From positions 21,468 through 85,467 of the forward strand of contig MKUW01000026.1 in assembly GCA_001899005.1 (NCBI GenBank): a stretch of 64,000 nucleotides of DNA. The letters run 5' to 3'. Origin of the DNA: Chloroflexi bacterium 44-23 (GTDB taxonomy: Bacteria > Chloroflexota > Anaerolineae > Anaerolineales > Anaerolineaceae). The notes beneath the pieces were generated by a model, which was not told where the DNA came from, searched no databases, and worked only from the letters and a program-made list of their open reading frames with translations. Positions within the stretch are counted from its first letter, which is position 1, and each line of letters begins with the position of its first letter. The position numbers and the translations under genes are program-made. Of this stretch, positions 9,596 to 19,002 are shown piece after piece.

Positions 9596-9636
9596 ATTGC
9601 GAGCCACCGTTCTTGTCTTTGGTGGCACGGCAATCC
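9596..9636 (+). repeat. 41-nt hairpin-forming direct repeat, copy 2
   Basis: attgcgagccaccgttcttgtctttggtggcacggcaatcc. Stems attgc/gcaat and ccacc/ggtgg. Differences from copy 1 fall in loops or are wobble-compatible. Confidence 0.6.
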
Positions 9637-9697
9637 TTTTTAAGTTGAATAATTAGAAAACGAGAATGGCTTCCCATTGACATCGTTTATTGAAAAG

Positions 9698-9720
9698 CTG
9701 AGTTGTTACAAACTATTTTG
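9698..9720. repeat. Right imperfect inverted repeat bounding the structured non-coding region
   Basis: ctgagttgttacaaactattttg, the reverse-complement partner of 9265..9286. Confidence 0.4.
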
Positions 9721-9807
9721 ATTCTAATTCTTTCTGTTCCAGAATCTTTTTTTTGTCAGGAAATTAAATTCAAGTTAAGGAGTGATAAATTCTGTTTAAG
9801 ACCAACC

Positions 9808-10350
9808 CTACATGTCCTCACGGAAGATGAGGCCATATTTTTTGCGTGCTGCTAACCAGGCTTTGCGAATGATTTCATAGACTTCGTTTGGCTCATGAAT
9901 GTTGCGTAGAACGATGGTTGGATTTGATAAATCTGAACCCGAAATACGGATATCTCCCACACCCATAATCCGTTCACCGAGACTTTGAGTAATATCAATA
10001 TCTTGGACACGAATCAATTCAAAGCTTTCAATATCTTTACCAATCATTCCTTTTGATGTCTTAATCCGTTCATTGGTCAGCGTGTAAAACTCAACCAATG
10101 AGAGAAACGGCCGCCCCTCCCAGATAACGATTTCTTCCTCATTATTAAGATTATCTTTTATGCCAGCTGGCTTAATTTCCCCAGCAGCTTCATCCAGGAT
10201 CTCATTGACCATTAATAGGACATTATCACACAATTGGTTAACCAATTTGTTCTGGTCTTCACTTGATAAAACTGCCAATGAAACATCGCTTTGCGCAAAA
10301 CTTTTCCAGATAACGCTCTTTAGCTCCGATTGATATTTTTCCAGGCTCAT
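9808..10350 (-). CDS. Bacterial PH-domain (bPH_2/DUF304-like) protein
   Basis: The C-terminal half (VIWEGRPFLSLVEFYTLTNERIKTSKG...GVGDIRISGSD...IVLRNIHEPNEVYEIIRKA) resembles YdbS/YdbT-type PH domains. No TM segments were seen. Confidence 0.45.
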   Translation of the reverse strand: MSLEKYQSELKSVIWKSFAQSDVSLAVLSSEDQNKLVNQLCDNVLLMVNEILDEAAGEIKPAGIKDNLNNEEEIVIWEGRPFLSLVEFYTLTNERIKTSKGMIGKDIESFELIRVQDIDITQSLGERIMGVGDIRISGSDLSNPTIVLRNIHEPNEVYEIIRKAWLAARKKYGLIFREDM

Positions 10351-10633
10351 GCAATTATCCTCCTTATTAATCCACTTAAAATTGATTTCCGTTTGAGTGT
10401 AGCAAACAAATTGTTTGAGGACAATAGTATAGATAATCTCATTTCATCCGCCGCTTTTTTTCTTACACTTTCAATTTTGGTTGAGAAACTAATCGCGAAT
10501 GCGGGTCAAGTGTAGGTTTTAATGTTTCCTTCTAACCGGATTATCAAGTTCGTATACTCGTATCCCTGCAAAAAACCCGAATTTACTTTACAATCAATAC
10601 TGGCACTTATCAAATGCTTTCGAAAGGTAATAG

Positions 10634-12085
10634 ATGGCTGGCGATCGTCAAATAATTAGTGTTGGTATCGATATTGGCACCACCACCACACAGGTTATTT
10701 TCAGTCGCCTGTCTGTGATGGAAATTGCACGTCCTGGCCAAATACCAAGGATAGATATCGCCAACAGAGAGATTATTTACACAAGTGATATCAACTTTAC
10801 CCCATTGATTGATGATTCAACGATTGACGCGGCGCGTACATCAGCGCTCTTAGAAAGTGAATTCCGTCAAGCTGGCATCCAACCTCAGCAGGTAGAGACA
10901 GGAGCGGTTATCATTACCGGTGAAACCGCCAGAAAACAAAATGCGGATCAGGTTCTGAACGCAATTTCACAACTGGCCGGTGAATTTGTGGTGACGATTG
11001 CGGGCCCAAACCTGGAAGGAATGATTGCAGGTAGAGGGTCAGGGGCAGCCGCATATTCTCGCAAGCATTTTACCACCGTAATTAACCTGGATATTGGCGG
11101 TGGTAGTGCTAATTGTGCTGTTTTCCGCCAGGGAGAATACATTGCTTCCTCTGCCATGAGATTTGGGGGCCGTGTCATTGAAATGGATAATGGCAGGATT
11201 ACACAGATTAATCGTGTTGGCCAAATGTTAATCGAGGAATGTGGATTGAGGTTATATCCCGGTGATAAACCAGATCTAAACCAGCTGAAAGCCATAACTG
11301 ACCGCATGGCGGAATTAACCAACCATCTGGCGGCAGGCAGCACCAATTTTCACGCAGAAAAATATTATCAAACACCCCCGATTCAGCCCGTATCAAAAAA
11401 TCATTGCTTGATGCTCTCAGGTGGAATTGGTTATTACTTTTATGACCCCCTTAATATTCGTAATGTTGTGGATATCAACCTGCATGGGGATATAGGGCCA
11501 CTTTTGGCTGAGAGTTTACGTATGAATGTAGGTCTAATGGATCACCAGATCATACGGCCAAGTGAAACTCAAAGGGCGACTGTGTTGGGTGCCAGTTCAC
11601 AAACAGTGACGCTTTCTGGGTCAACTATTTGGGCGGATAGTTCAATATTGCCGCTCAAGAACATTCCTATTGTGCGTGTGGAATTACCTGAATTTTCTGC
11701 AGATAATCCACAGGAGACTGGCGGCCAAATTCAACGAGAACTGAAATTGGCAGCTCAACGCTGGGATTTGCAGAGCAATCTGGTTAATTTTGCACTGAGC
11801 CTAGATTTTGACCAGGCCCTGGATTATGACCAAATGGTATTATTATCTACCAAGATGGCCGAATTTATGCAAAATCTTCCGGCAACATTGCCATTAATAG
11901 TTGTGACAAGACGTGATTACGCACGCGTAATTGGGCAGACGATAAAAAACCTGGTGGGCAGCCGCCCAATTTTGATTATTGACCAGGTTGGGCTAAGCGA
12001 GGGAGATTACATTGATATCGGTATACCCTTGATGGATGGACGAGTGGTTCCATTGGTGGTAAAGACTCTTGTCTTTTCACATTAA
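10634..12085 (+). CDS. eutA: Ethanolamine ammonia-lyase reactivating factor EutA
   Basis: 483 aa. ASKHA-type phosphate loops VGIDIGTTTTQV and LDIGGGSANCAVF. Sits immediately upstream of eutBC, as in enteric eut operons. Confidence 0.8.
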   Translation: MAGDRQIISVGIDIGTTTTQVIFSRLSVMEIARPGQIPRIDIANREIIYTSDINFTPLIDDSTIDAARTSALLESEFRQAGIQPQQVETGAVIITGETARKQNADQVLNAISQLAGEFVVTIAGPNLEGMIAGRGSGAAAYSRKHFTTVINLDIGGGSANCAVFRQGEYIASSAMRFGGRVIEMDNGRITQINRVGQMLIEECGLRLYPGDKPDLNQLKAITDRMAELTNHLAAGSTNFHAEKYYQTPPIQPVSKNHCLMLSGGIGYYFYDPLNIRNVVDINLHGDIGPLLAESLRMNVGLMDHQIIRPSETQRATVLGASSQTVTLSGSTIWADSSILPLKNIPIVRVELPEFSADNPQETGGQIQRELKLAAQRWDLQSNLVNFALSLDFDQALDYDQMVLLSTKMAEFMQNLPATLPLIVVTRRDYARVIGQTIKNLVGSRPILIIDQVGLSEGDYIDIGIPLMDGRVVPLVVKTLVFSH

Positions 12086-12099
12086 TTTATAGGATTGAT

Positions 12100-13476
12100 A
12101 TGCTCTTACGAACCAAACTTTTCGGAAAAAACTATGAATTTGCAGATATCCGTGTATTAATGGGTAAAGCAAACGAAGAAAAATCTGGAGACCGGCTGGC
12201 GGGTCTGGCTGCTGATACAACCGTGGAAAGGGCTGCAGCCAAAATTGTGCTTGGACATGTTCCTTTGATAACTTTGCGTCAAAATCCGGCAGTCGCTTAT
12301 GATCAGGATGAAGTTACGCGTGTGATCGATGATGGCATTGACAGTGCGGTTTATGAGCAAATAAAGGGTTGGACTGTGGGTGAGTTGCGTGAATTTATTC
12401 TTGATGATCGCAACGATGGAGAACGCCTTCTAAAAATTTCGCCAGGTCTCACGGCTGAAATGATAGCAGCAGTCACGAAGATAATGAGTAATATGGATTT
12501 GGTAACCGCAGCCCGCAAGATTCGTGTGATACGACATTGTGTTAATACCATTGGTGAAGAAGGCACTCTTGCCGGCCGGTTACAACCCAATCACCCCACT
12601 GATTCACCTGAAGGCATTCGTGCCTCCATTTACGAGGGTCTTTCGTATGGGGTCGGAGATGCCGTAATCGGGATTAACCCTGCTGATGATAGTTACAGTT
12701 CGGTTGCCCGTTTATTGGATATGAGTTATGAAGTAATTCAAGCACATAAGATCCCAACCCAAAACTGTGTGCTGGCCCATATCACCACGCAGATGCGCTG
12801 TCTCGAAAAAGGGTCACCGGTTGGGTTAATGTTCCAATCTATCAGTGGATCTCAAAAGGGGAATGAAGCGTTTGGTATTTCAGTAGGATTGTTGGATGAA
12901 GCCTATGCACTGGCCAAAAAGAATTGCTATCCGTTAGGACCAAATTTCATGTATTTTGAGACTGGTCAGGGTTCTGCTCTCTCAGCTGAGGCGCATAACG
13001 GTTGGGACCAGCTCACCTTGGAAGCGCGAAATTATGGTTTGGCCAAACGGTATGATCCCTTCATGGTCAACACAGTAGTCGGTTTTATTGGCCCTGAGTA
13101 CCTTTATGACACAAATCAAATTCACAGGGCTGGCCTTGAAGACCATTTTATGGGCAAAATGAGTGGAATTTCGATGGGATGTGATGTCTGTTATACCAAC
13201 CATGCTAAAACCGATCAGAATGCCAGCGAGAATTTGGCGGTATTGCTCACAGCAGCTGGTTGTAATTTCTTTATGGGCGTGCCAATGGCGGATGATTCAA
13301 TGCTGGCCTATCAATCAACATCATTTCATGATATTGCCACACTGCGAGCAACTTTTCGCCTGCACCCGGCACCTGAATTTGCAGAATGGTTGGAGTCGTT
13401 CGGTATTACGAATCAAAGTAGATTTACATCTCGGGCGGGAGATGCAACCATATTCTTAAATAGGACTTCCAAATGA
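12100..13476 (+). CDS. eutB: Ethanolamine ammonia-lyase large subunit
   Basis: 458 aa. Conserved blocks IGINPADDS, YFETGQGSALSAEAH and MGCDVCYTNH. 4-nt overlap with eutC. Confidence 0.9.
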   Translation: MLLRTKLFGKNYEFADIRVLMGKANEEKSGDRLAGLAADTTVERAAAKIVLGHVPLITLRQNPAVAYDQDEVTRVIDDGIDSAVYEQIKGWTVGELREFILDDRNDGERLLKISPGLTAEMIAAVTKIMSNMDLVTAARKIRVIRHCVNTIGEEGTLAGRLQPNHPTDSPEGIRASIYEGLSYGVGDAVIGINPADDSYSSVARLLDMSYEVIQAHKIPTQNCVLAHITTQMRCLEKGSPVGLMFQSISGSQKGNEAFGISVGLLDEAYALAKKNCYPLGPNFMYFETGQGSALSAEAHNGWDQLTLEARNYGLAKRYDPFMVNTVVGFIGPEYLYDTNQIHRAGLEDHFMGKMSGISMGCDVCYTNHAKTDQNASENLAVLLTAAGCNFFMGVPMADDSMLAYQSTSFHDIATLRATFRLHPAPEFAEWLESFGITNQSRFTSRAGDATIFLNRTSK

Positions 13477-14414
13477 GTGATGACCACATTGATGAACTGA
13501 TTGAAGCAGTTTTACGTCAATTAAAAGCTGAAGGTTTGGTGGCTTCTTCATCTAACCTTAGATCACAAGCAGACAACAGCCAGACAGCAGGATCACATAC
13601 CCATACGAATATTTCTGCTGACCTTGTTATTGATTCGGATGATCCAACGACTTCAATGCAACGAATTATTCCCGGTCTTGAAAATGCGGCAGATCAGGAC
13701 GCTTTGGTGATGTTGATGGAAACAACCACAGCGCGCATAGGAGTCGGCAGGGCAGGTTACCGCCCAAAAACGAAAACCTTGCAATTGTTTCAGAGTGATT
13801 TTGCCATCTCTCAGGATGCGCTCTACCGTGAAGTGGATCCTGTGTTGCTGCAAAAGTTTGACCTGTTTCAAGTTGAGACAATGATTACTGAGGGCAAAGA
13901 GCAGTATTTGCTAAGACCAGACCTGGGTAGAAAATTGTCTTCTGAAGCTATGGCATTGATCAAGTCGCGTTGTGTAAAAAGAGCAAATATTCAAATATGT
14001 GTTGGTGATGGCTTGAGTGCCACGGCGATTGAGGTGAACATTCCAAAGATCATGCCGGTGCTTATCTCTGGATGCCAGTCGGTGGGGCTTTCTTTAGGTA
14101 CCCCTTTCTTTATCCATCATTGTCGTGTGGGTGTAATGAATGATATCGGAGATATACTGGAACCTGATGTTGTCATCTTGTTGATCGGTGAAAGGCCTGG
14201 GTTGGGGCGTGCGGAATCGATGAGCGCTTATATGGCTTTTCAACCACGCAGCGGTGATACAGATGCCGACCGTGAAGTGATCTGCAATATTTTCGACAAT
14301 GGTGGTACAAATCCGCTGGAAGCCGGTGCTTATGCTGTCCAGCTGGCACAAACAATGATGAAGAATCGTGGTTCGGGTGTTAAAATGCGACTGTCAAAAG
14401 ATAGCGAGAGGTGA
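13473..14414 (+). CDS. eutC: Ethanolamine ammonia-lyase small subunit
   Basis: 313 aa. C-terminal core with the VILLIGERPGLG block. The N-terminus has an amphipathic helix MSDDHIDELIEAVLRQLKAEG followed by a low-complexity linker. Confidence 0.85.
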   Translation: MSDDHIDELIEAVLRQLKAEGLVASSSNLRSQADNSQTAGSHTHTNISADLVIDSDDPTTSMQRIIPGLENAADQDALVMLMETTTARIGVGRAGYRPKTKTLQLFQSDFAISQDALYREVDPVLLQKFDLFQVETMITEGKEQYLLRPDLGRKLSSEAMALIKSRCVKRANIQICVGDGLSATAIEVNIPKIMPVLISGCQSVGLSLGTPFFIHHCRVGVMNDIGDILEPDVVILLIGERPGLGRAESMSAYMAFQPRSGDTDADREVICNIFDNGGTNPLEAGAYAVQLAQTMMKNRGSGVKMRLSKDSER

Positions 14415-14416
14415 TT

Positions 14417-15073
14417 ATGGCGATTTTGGATCCGATTTATTCCCAGGCTTTAGCTATCCGGCTTATTCCAAATGTAGCAGAGGGGTACGCCTTGCAATTA
14501 GGGTTGCAAACCAACCAGAAGAGTCTGGGTCTGATTACAGCGGACAATGACGACGCGTTATATGTCTCAATTGATGAAGCCACCAAGAAGGCGGATGTTT
14601 CAGTGGTGTATGCACACTCTTTCTATGCCGGTGCCAGGCATGCATCCGGCAGACTATCCGGGGAAATCATAGCGATGCTGGCTGGACCTAATCCTGCCGA
14701 AGTAAGCGCTGGGTTGGATGCGGCTGAGAAATACCTGACCAATCAGGCGGTGTGGTATTCAGCCAACGAGGACGGCAGTATTGCCTTTTTTTCACACGTT
14801 TTATCGCAAACTGGCAGCTATCTTTCAGGCGTGTGTAACATCAGGCTTGGATCTTCAGTAGCATACCTTGTAGCGCCACCTTTGGAGGGCAGTTTTGCCC
14901 TGGATGCAGCTTTGAAAATGGCAGCCGTCCGGATTGTATCTTATACTGCACCACCCTCTGAGACGAATTATATGGGTGCAATTCTGGAAGGTGACCAGTC
15001 CGCCTGCCAGGCAGCTGCCGATGCATTCCGGCAGGCTGTGCTTGAGGTGGCAACAAATCCGATAGCTTATTAA
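14417..15073 (+). CDS. eutL: Bacterial microcompartment shell protein EutL (tandem-BMC, BMC-T)
   Basis: MAILDPIY..SLGLITADNDDALYVSIDEATKKA..MLAGPNPAEVSAGLDA..YLVAPPLE..APPSETNY is collinear with enteric EutL as I recall it. The ORF-track GTG 14411 overlaps the eutC stop. ATG 14417 is preferred. Confidence 0.85.
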   Translation: MAILDPIYSQALAIRLIPNVAEGYALQLGLQTNQKSLGLITADNDDALYVSIDEATKKADVSVVYAHSFYAGARHASGRLSGEIIAMLAGPNPAEVSAGLDAAEKYLTNQAVWYSANEDGSIAFFSHVLSQTGSYLSGVCNIRLGSSVAYLVAPPLEGSFALDAALKMAAVRIVSYTAPPSETNYMGAILEGDQSACQAAADAFRQAVLEVATNPIAY

Positions 15074-15277
15074 ACCGTTGGAAAAAACCGGACAGGTGAG
15101 GATTAATCTGGGGTTATAAACCGCCTGATTAAATAATGATAAAGAAAATCATGTGCTGGGCGGAAAGTTTGCACACCTACTAATATTGGTGCATGTAATA
15201 TCCTATAATGAATTATGTGTAATATTTGGAAGTAAATGTTCAAAAAGAAATTGTGCCCTCTTAATTGTTGGGAAAAA

Positions 15278-15313
15278 GTATCATTTCAAAAATTAGAGGC
15301 GGGGTGTTTTTAG
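15278..15313. repeat. Half copy (one arm) of the ~90-nt palindromic repeat family
   Basis: gtatcatttcaaaaattagaggcggggtgtttttag matches the reverse complement of the right arm of the elements at 18069..18158 and 23402..23492. Confidence 0.6.
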
Positions 15314-15379
15314 ACAAAATTTTAACAAATTGCCAGTTTCTTGATGCAACATTTGTTTAATAAAATGTGGAGGCATATC

Positions 15380-17026
15380 ATGAGTCTTGACCCTTTAGCA
15401 GGTTTACCTGCCCCGAGAAATATATTGATCGATGTCAATAACCTGCTTGACAAATATTATTCTATACATCCGGATGTAAGCGATAAATCCCAGCAGGTAG
15501 CTTTCGGTACTTCAGGACATCGCGGTACTTCCTTGGATGGCAGTTTTAACGAAGATCATATTCTGGCAATAAGTCAGGCAGTTTGTGAGTATCGTAGAGG
15601 CCAAGGAATCAATGGTCCACTCTATCTGGGTAAGGATACGCACGCGCTTTCAGACGTGGCTCAAATGACTGCATTAGAAGTCCTGGTAGCGAACGAAGTG
15701 GAAGTCTACTTTCAGCCTGATAATGGTTTCACACCAACTCCGGTCATTTCTCATGCTATTTTGACCCACAACGCAGCTAAAAAAGGCAGCCAGGCGGATG
15801 GAGTTGTGATCACACCCTCGCATAATCCCCCGGGTGATGGTGGTTATAAGTATAATCCGCCCTCGGCAGGTCCGGCGAATACAGATATCACTAATTGGAT
15901 CCAAACGCGGGCAAATGAGATCTTAAAAAATGGTGTGAAGAGTGTAAAACGCATTAAACTTGAACAGGCCTTACAGATGGATAATTTGCATGAGTATGAA
16001 TTTCGGGATGCTTATATCCGCGATTTGGCGAGTGTAATAGACTTCTCGGTTTTTTCATCACGCGATATCCGCATTGGAGTAGATCCATTAGGCGGTGCTG
16101 CCGTGCATTATTGGGATATGATTGCGGAGATATATCAATTAAACCTTACAATAGTGAATCGAATGGTTGACCCCACATTTTCGTTTATGACCATTGACCA
16201 TGATGGGAAAATTCGCATGGATTGTTCATCTCCGTATGCCATGGCAAGTTTGATTAAATTGAAAGATGAATTCGATATTGCCTTTGGAAATGATACGGAT
16301 GTTGATCGCCATGGCATTGTGACCCCTCAAGCCGGGTTAATGAACCCCAATCACTACCTATCAGTGGCTATTTGGTACCTGTTCCAGAATCGCCCGCATT
16401 GGCGCAAAGATGCACGTGTGGGGAAAACAATCGTTTCCAGTTCAATGATTGATCATGTTACTTCAGGATTAAATCGTGATTTAGCGGAGGTTCCGGTTGG
16501 CTTTAAGTGGTTTGTAGATGGTTTGCTGGACGGTTCATTCGGTTTTGGGGGTGAAGAGAGCGCCGGAGCGTCCTTCTTACGAAGGAATGGAGAGGCGTGG
16601 ACAACCGATAAGGATGGCATTATCATGGATCTTCTGGCGGTTGAGATGCTCGCCCGTAATGGTAAAAGCCCCAGTGAAATTTACGACGAGTTGACGAATA
16701 AATATGGGCATCCGGTCTATGAACGCGTGGATGCCCCTGCGACTGCCAAACAAAAATCCGTGCTTAAAAACCTCGCTGCTGAAGATGTTCACATCAAATC
16801 TTTAGCCGGTGAGCCGATAATCGCCAAGCTCACACGTGCTCCTTTTAACCAGGCCGAGATCGGCGGTCTTAAAGTAATAACAAAAAATGGATGGTTTGCT
16901 GCCAGACCTTCAGGTACAGAAGATATTTATAAAATCTATGCTGAAAGCTTTATTGATGAAGATCACCTTCATAAAATACAGAAGGAAGCTGAGCAGATTG
17001 TGACCAGAGCTCTGGGAGAAGCCTAA
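15380..17026 (+). CDS. pgm: Phosphoglucomutase (alpha-D-glucose phosphate-specific)
   Basis: [10 protein letters not shown], phosphoserine loop [15 protein letters not shown], metal loop [17 protein letters not shown] and RPSGTE. Start set to ATG 15380, with GGAGG 6 nt upstream. Confidence 0.9.
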   Translation: MSLDPLAGLPAPRNILIDVNNLLDKYYSIHPDVSDKSQQVAFGTSGHRGTSLDGSFNEDHILAISQAVCEYRRGQGINGPLYLGKDTHALSDVAQMTALEVLVANEVEVYFQPDNGFTPTPVISHAILTHNAAKKGSQADGVVITPSHNPPGDGGYKYNPPSAGPANTDITNWIQTRANEILKNGVKSVKRIKLEQALQMDNLHEYEFRDAYIRDLASVIDFSVFSSRDIRIGVDPLGGAAVHYWDMIAEIYQLNLTIVNRMVDPTFSFMTIDHDGKIRMDCSSPYAMASLIKLKDEFDIAFGNDTDVDRHGIVTPQAGLMNPNHYLSVAIWYLFQNRPHWRKDARVGKTIVSSSMIDHVTSGLNRDLAEVPVGFKWFVDGLLDGSFGFGGEESAGASFLRRNGEAWTTDKDGIIMDLLAVEMLARNGKSPSEIYDELTNKYGHPVYERVDAPATAKQKSVLKNLAAEDVHIKSLAGEPIIAKLTRAPFNQAEIGGLKVITKNGWFAARPSGTEDIYKIYAESFIDEDHLHKIQKEAEQIVTRALGEA

Positions 17027-17038
17027 CAGAGAAAAGGC

Positions 17039-17911
17039 TCAGTTTTCTTCCGAATATCCACACAACGCAATTGCACGCGGCCCGGTATGCACGCCAAGAA
17101 TTGGAGAAACGATTGATACGAATAGCTCGGCCGGGTTGTATTCTTTACGGATACGATCTGCAAGTGCTTCAGCTTCTTGATCCGCTGCATTGTGCAAGAC
17201 AGTGATATGTAGCGGGAAATTAGTATTTACATGTTTAAAGAATTGTTTAATCAAGCCCTCAATTGCCGATGAACGCGATCTTGCCGGTACAGAAGCACCC
17301 ACGGTTCCGCTGGTGTGGTTGACCAATATTAGTGGTTTAATCTTGATAATCGAATTCAAAAGTTTGACTGCATCACCAATCCGACCGCCTTTGTCAAGGT
17401 ACTTGATTGTATCTAATGAAATATAGTAGGCTATTTTACTGCGAATTTTTTCTGCCGCAGCAATCATCTCTTTTATGCCAGCTCCGGCATTGCGGGTGCG
17501 GGCAGCATTGATCACCTGCCATCCGAGACCCATAGAGTTGCTGCGTGAATCGACCACCTGGACAGGGATTGGAGAGTTCTCTGCTGCCAGTTTGGCCGAT
17601 AGATAAGTACCACTCATGGCGCTGCTAATGGTCATCACCAGGATTTGATCATATCCTTTGGCTTCGGCTTCAATATATCGGTCAACAAAATCTTGCGGAG
17701 TTGGCTGAGAAGTTGTTGGAATTCGTGGATCTTTTGCCAGGCGGTCGTAAAACTCTTCAGGCGTGATGTCAACCCCATCCAGGAAAGTCTCATTATTCCA
17801 AATTATGGTAAGGGGGACTTTGACGATGTCAAATTGTTGCAACCAGTCAGCGGGAATATCACAGGTGCTATCTGTAATAAGGGCAATTTTCTCAGCCATT
17901 TGTTTATCCAA
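17039..17911 (-). CDS. DegV family fatty-acid-binding protein
   Basis: 290 aa. N-terminal IALITDSTCDIP and overall DegV/EDD-fold pattern. Paralogue of 19003..19869. Confidence 0.85.
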   Translation of the reverse strand: MDKQMAEKIALITDSTCDIPADWLQQFDIVKVPLTIIWNNETFLDGVDITPEEFYDRLAKDPRIPTTSQPTPQDFVDRYIEAEAKGYDQILVMTISSAMSGTYLSAKLAAENSPIPVQVVDSRSNSMGLGWQVINAARTRNAGAGIKEMIAAAEKIRSKIAYYISLDTIKYLDKGGRIGDAVKLLNSIIKIKPLILVNHTSGTVGASVPARSRSSAIEGLIKQFFKHVNTNFPLHITVLHNAADQEAEALADRIRKEYNPAELFVSIVSPILGVHTGPRAIALCGYSEEN

Positions 17912-18068
17912 TCACAAAGTTGATTTTAATGATGGGTTCCTTGTAAATTATATACGTTTTTAAGATCAATTCTTTATCCTAACACAATTAGGTATAATGA
18001 TTCACAGATAACCAGGTGAGTTATGACGAATTAGATAGAATGCATTTACATTATTAGTACCTGTGAAG

Positions 18069-18158
18069 GTATCTTTTCCATAAAACGGGGTTGAGGAGTG
18101 TTTTTAAGCGGGCGTTCGCCCGCCTAAAAAGACCCTGCCCTAACTTTTGAAATGATAC
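18069..18158. repeat. ~90-nt imperfect palindromic (long-hairpin) dispersed repeat, copy A
   Basis: gtatcttttccataaaacggggttgaggagtgtttttaagcgggcgttcgcccgcctaaaaagaccctgccctaacttttgaaatgatac. About 79 of 91 aligned positions match copy B by hand count. Ends are gtatc...gatac. Confidence 0.75.
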
Positions 18159-18227
18159 CTATAACGTTATAAATTTATTAAAGCTGGTTAAATTGAGAAT
18201 AATAATTTCGGTTGAGGAGAGAAAAAT

Positions 18228-19001
18228 ATGCTGCTTTGTATAGACATCGGTAACTCAGAAATAAAACTTGGACTGTTTGATGGCAACGAAATGCGCAAAC
18301 ACTGGCGAATTGCAACTGATCAAACCAGGCTGGCAGATGAGTATGCCGTTTTAATGACACAGCTTTTTGAGGTCAACAAGATCAATTTTACGGAAGTTGG
18401 AGGCGTAGCTATTTCATCAGTGGTGCCTCCACTTACACTAACGTTTATTGAATTATGTAATAATTATCTGCATTTGGAACCAGTAATGTACGAACCAGAT
18501 CGTAATTTAGGGATGAAAATCAACACAGAATATCCGGCGGAAGTTGGCACAGATTTGATCATGAATGCTTTGGCGGCTTACCAACTTTTTCGGACTGAAT
18601 CGATTGTGGTCGGGTTTGGTACGGCTACTTCCTTTATCGCTATTTCCAGCGAAGGTGATTTAGAAGGCGTTGCGATTGCTCCCGGGATTCTTGCCAGCGC
18701 CAATTCATTGTTTCGCTCTGCTGCTGCCCTTCCTCAGGTAGCTTTATCACATCCGAAGCACGCAATTGGGAAAAATACATTGGATTCAATGCGCTCAGGA
18801 ATTGTCTACGGTTTTGTTGGTCTGGTGGAGGGTTTGATCACACGTATGAAAAAAGAAATTGGTGGTAATCCGCAAGTGATTGCTACTGGTGGATTGGCAT
18901 CCTTAATAGCGCCTGAAACGGCCATGATAGAGGTAGTCGAACCTAACCTGGCATTAATTGGTCTGAAACGCATGTATGAGATAAGCAAGAACGGATATTA
19001 A
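18228..19001 (+). CDS. coaX: Type III pantothenate kinase
   Basis: 257 aa. LLCIDIGNSEIKLGLF phosphate-1 motif, GTD, VIATGGLA. ASKHA fold typical of CoaX. Confidence 0.85.
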   Translation: MLLCIDIGNSEIKLGLFDGNEMRKHWRIATDQTRLADEYAVLMTQLFEVNKINFTEVGGVAISSVVPPLTLTFIELCNNYLHLEPVMYEPDRNLGMKINTEYPAEVGTDLIMNALAAYQLFRTESIVVGFGTATSFIAISSEGDLEGVAIAPGILASANSLFRSAAALPQVALSHPKHAIGKNTLDSMRSGIVYGFVGLVEGLITRMKKEIGGNPQVIATGGLASLIAPETAMIEVVEPNLALIGLKRMYEISKNGY

Positions 19002-19002
19002 T

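Noticed and set aside
9294-9636. Possible CRISPR array, because of two similar 41-nt direct repeats
   Set aside because: There are only two copies, separated by about 260 nt (far longer than a spacer) and only 83% identical. No cas genes are present in the window.
10351-10633. Looked for a cobalamin riboswitch or ANTAR-type terminator pair upstream of eutA
   Set aside because: I could find no B12-box-like core and no paired hexaloop hairpins by eye. The regulation of this eut cluster remains unknown, and a covariance-model scan would be needed to exclude a riboswitch.
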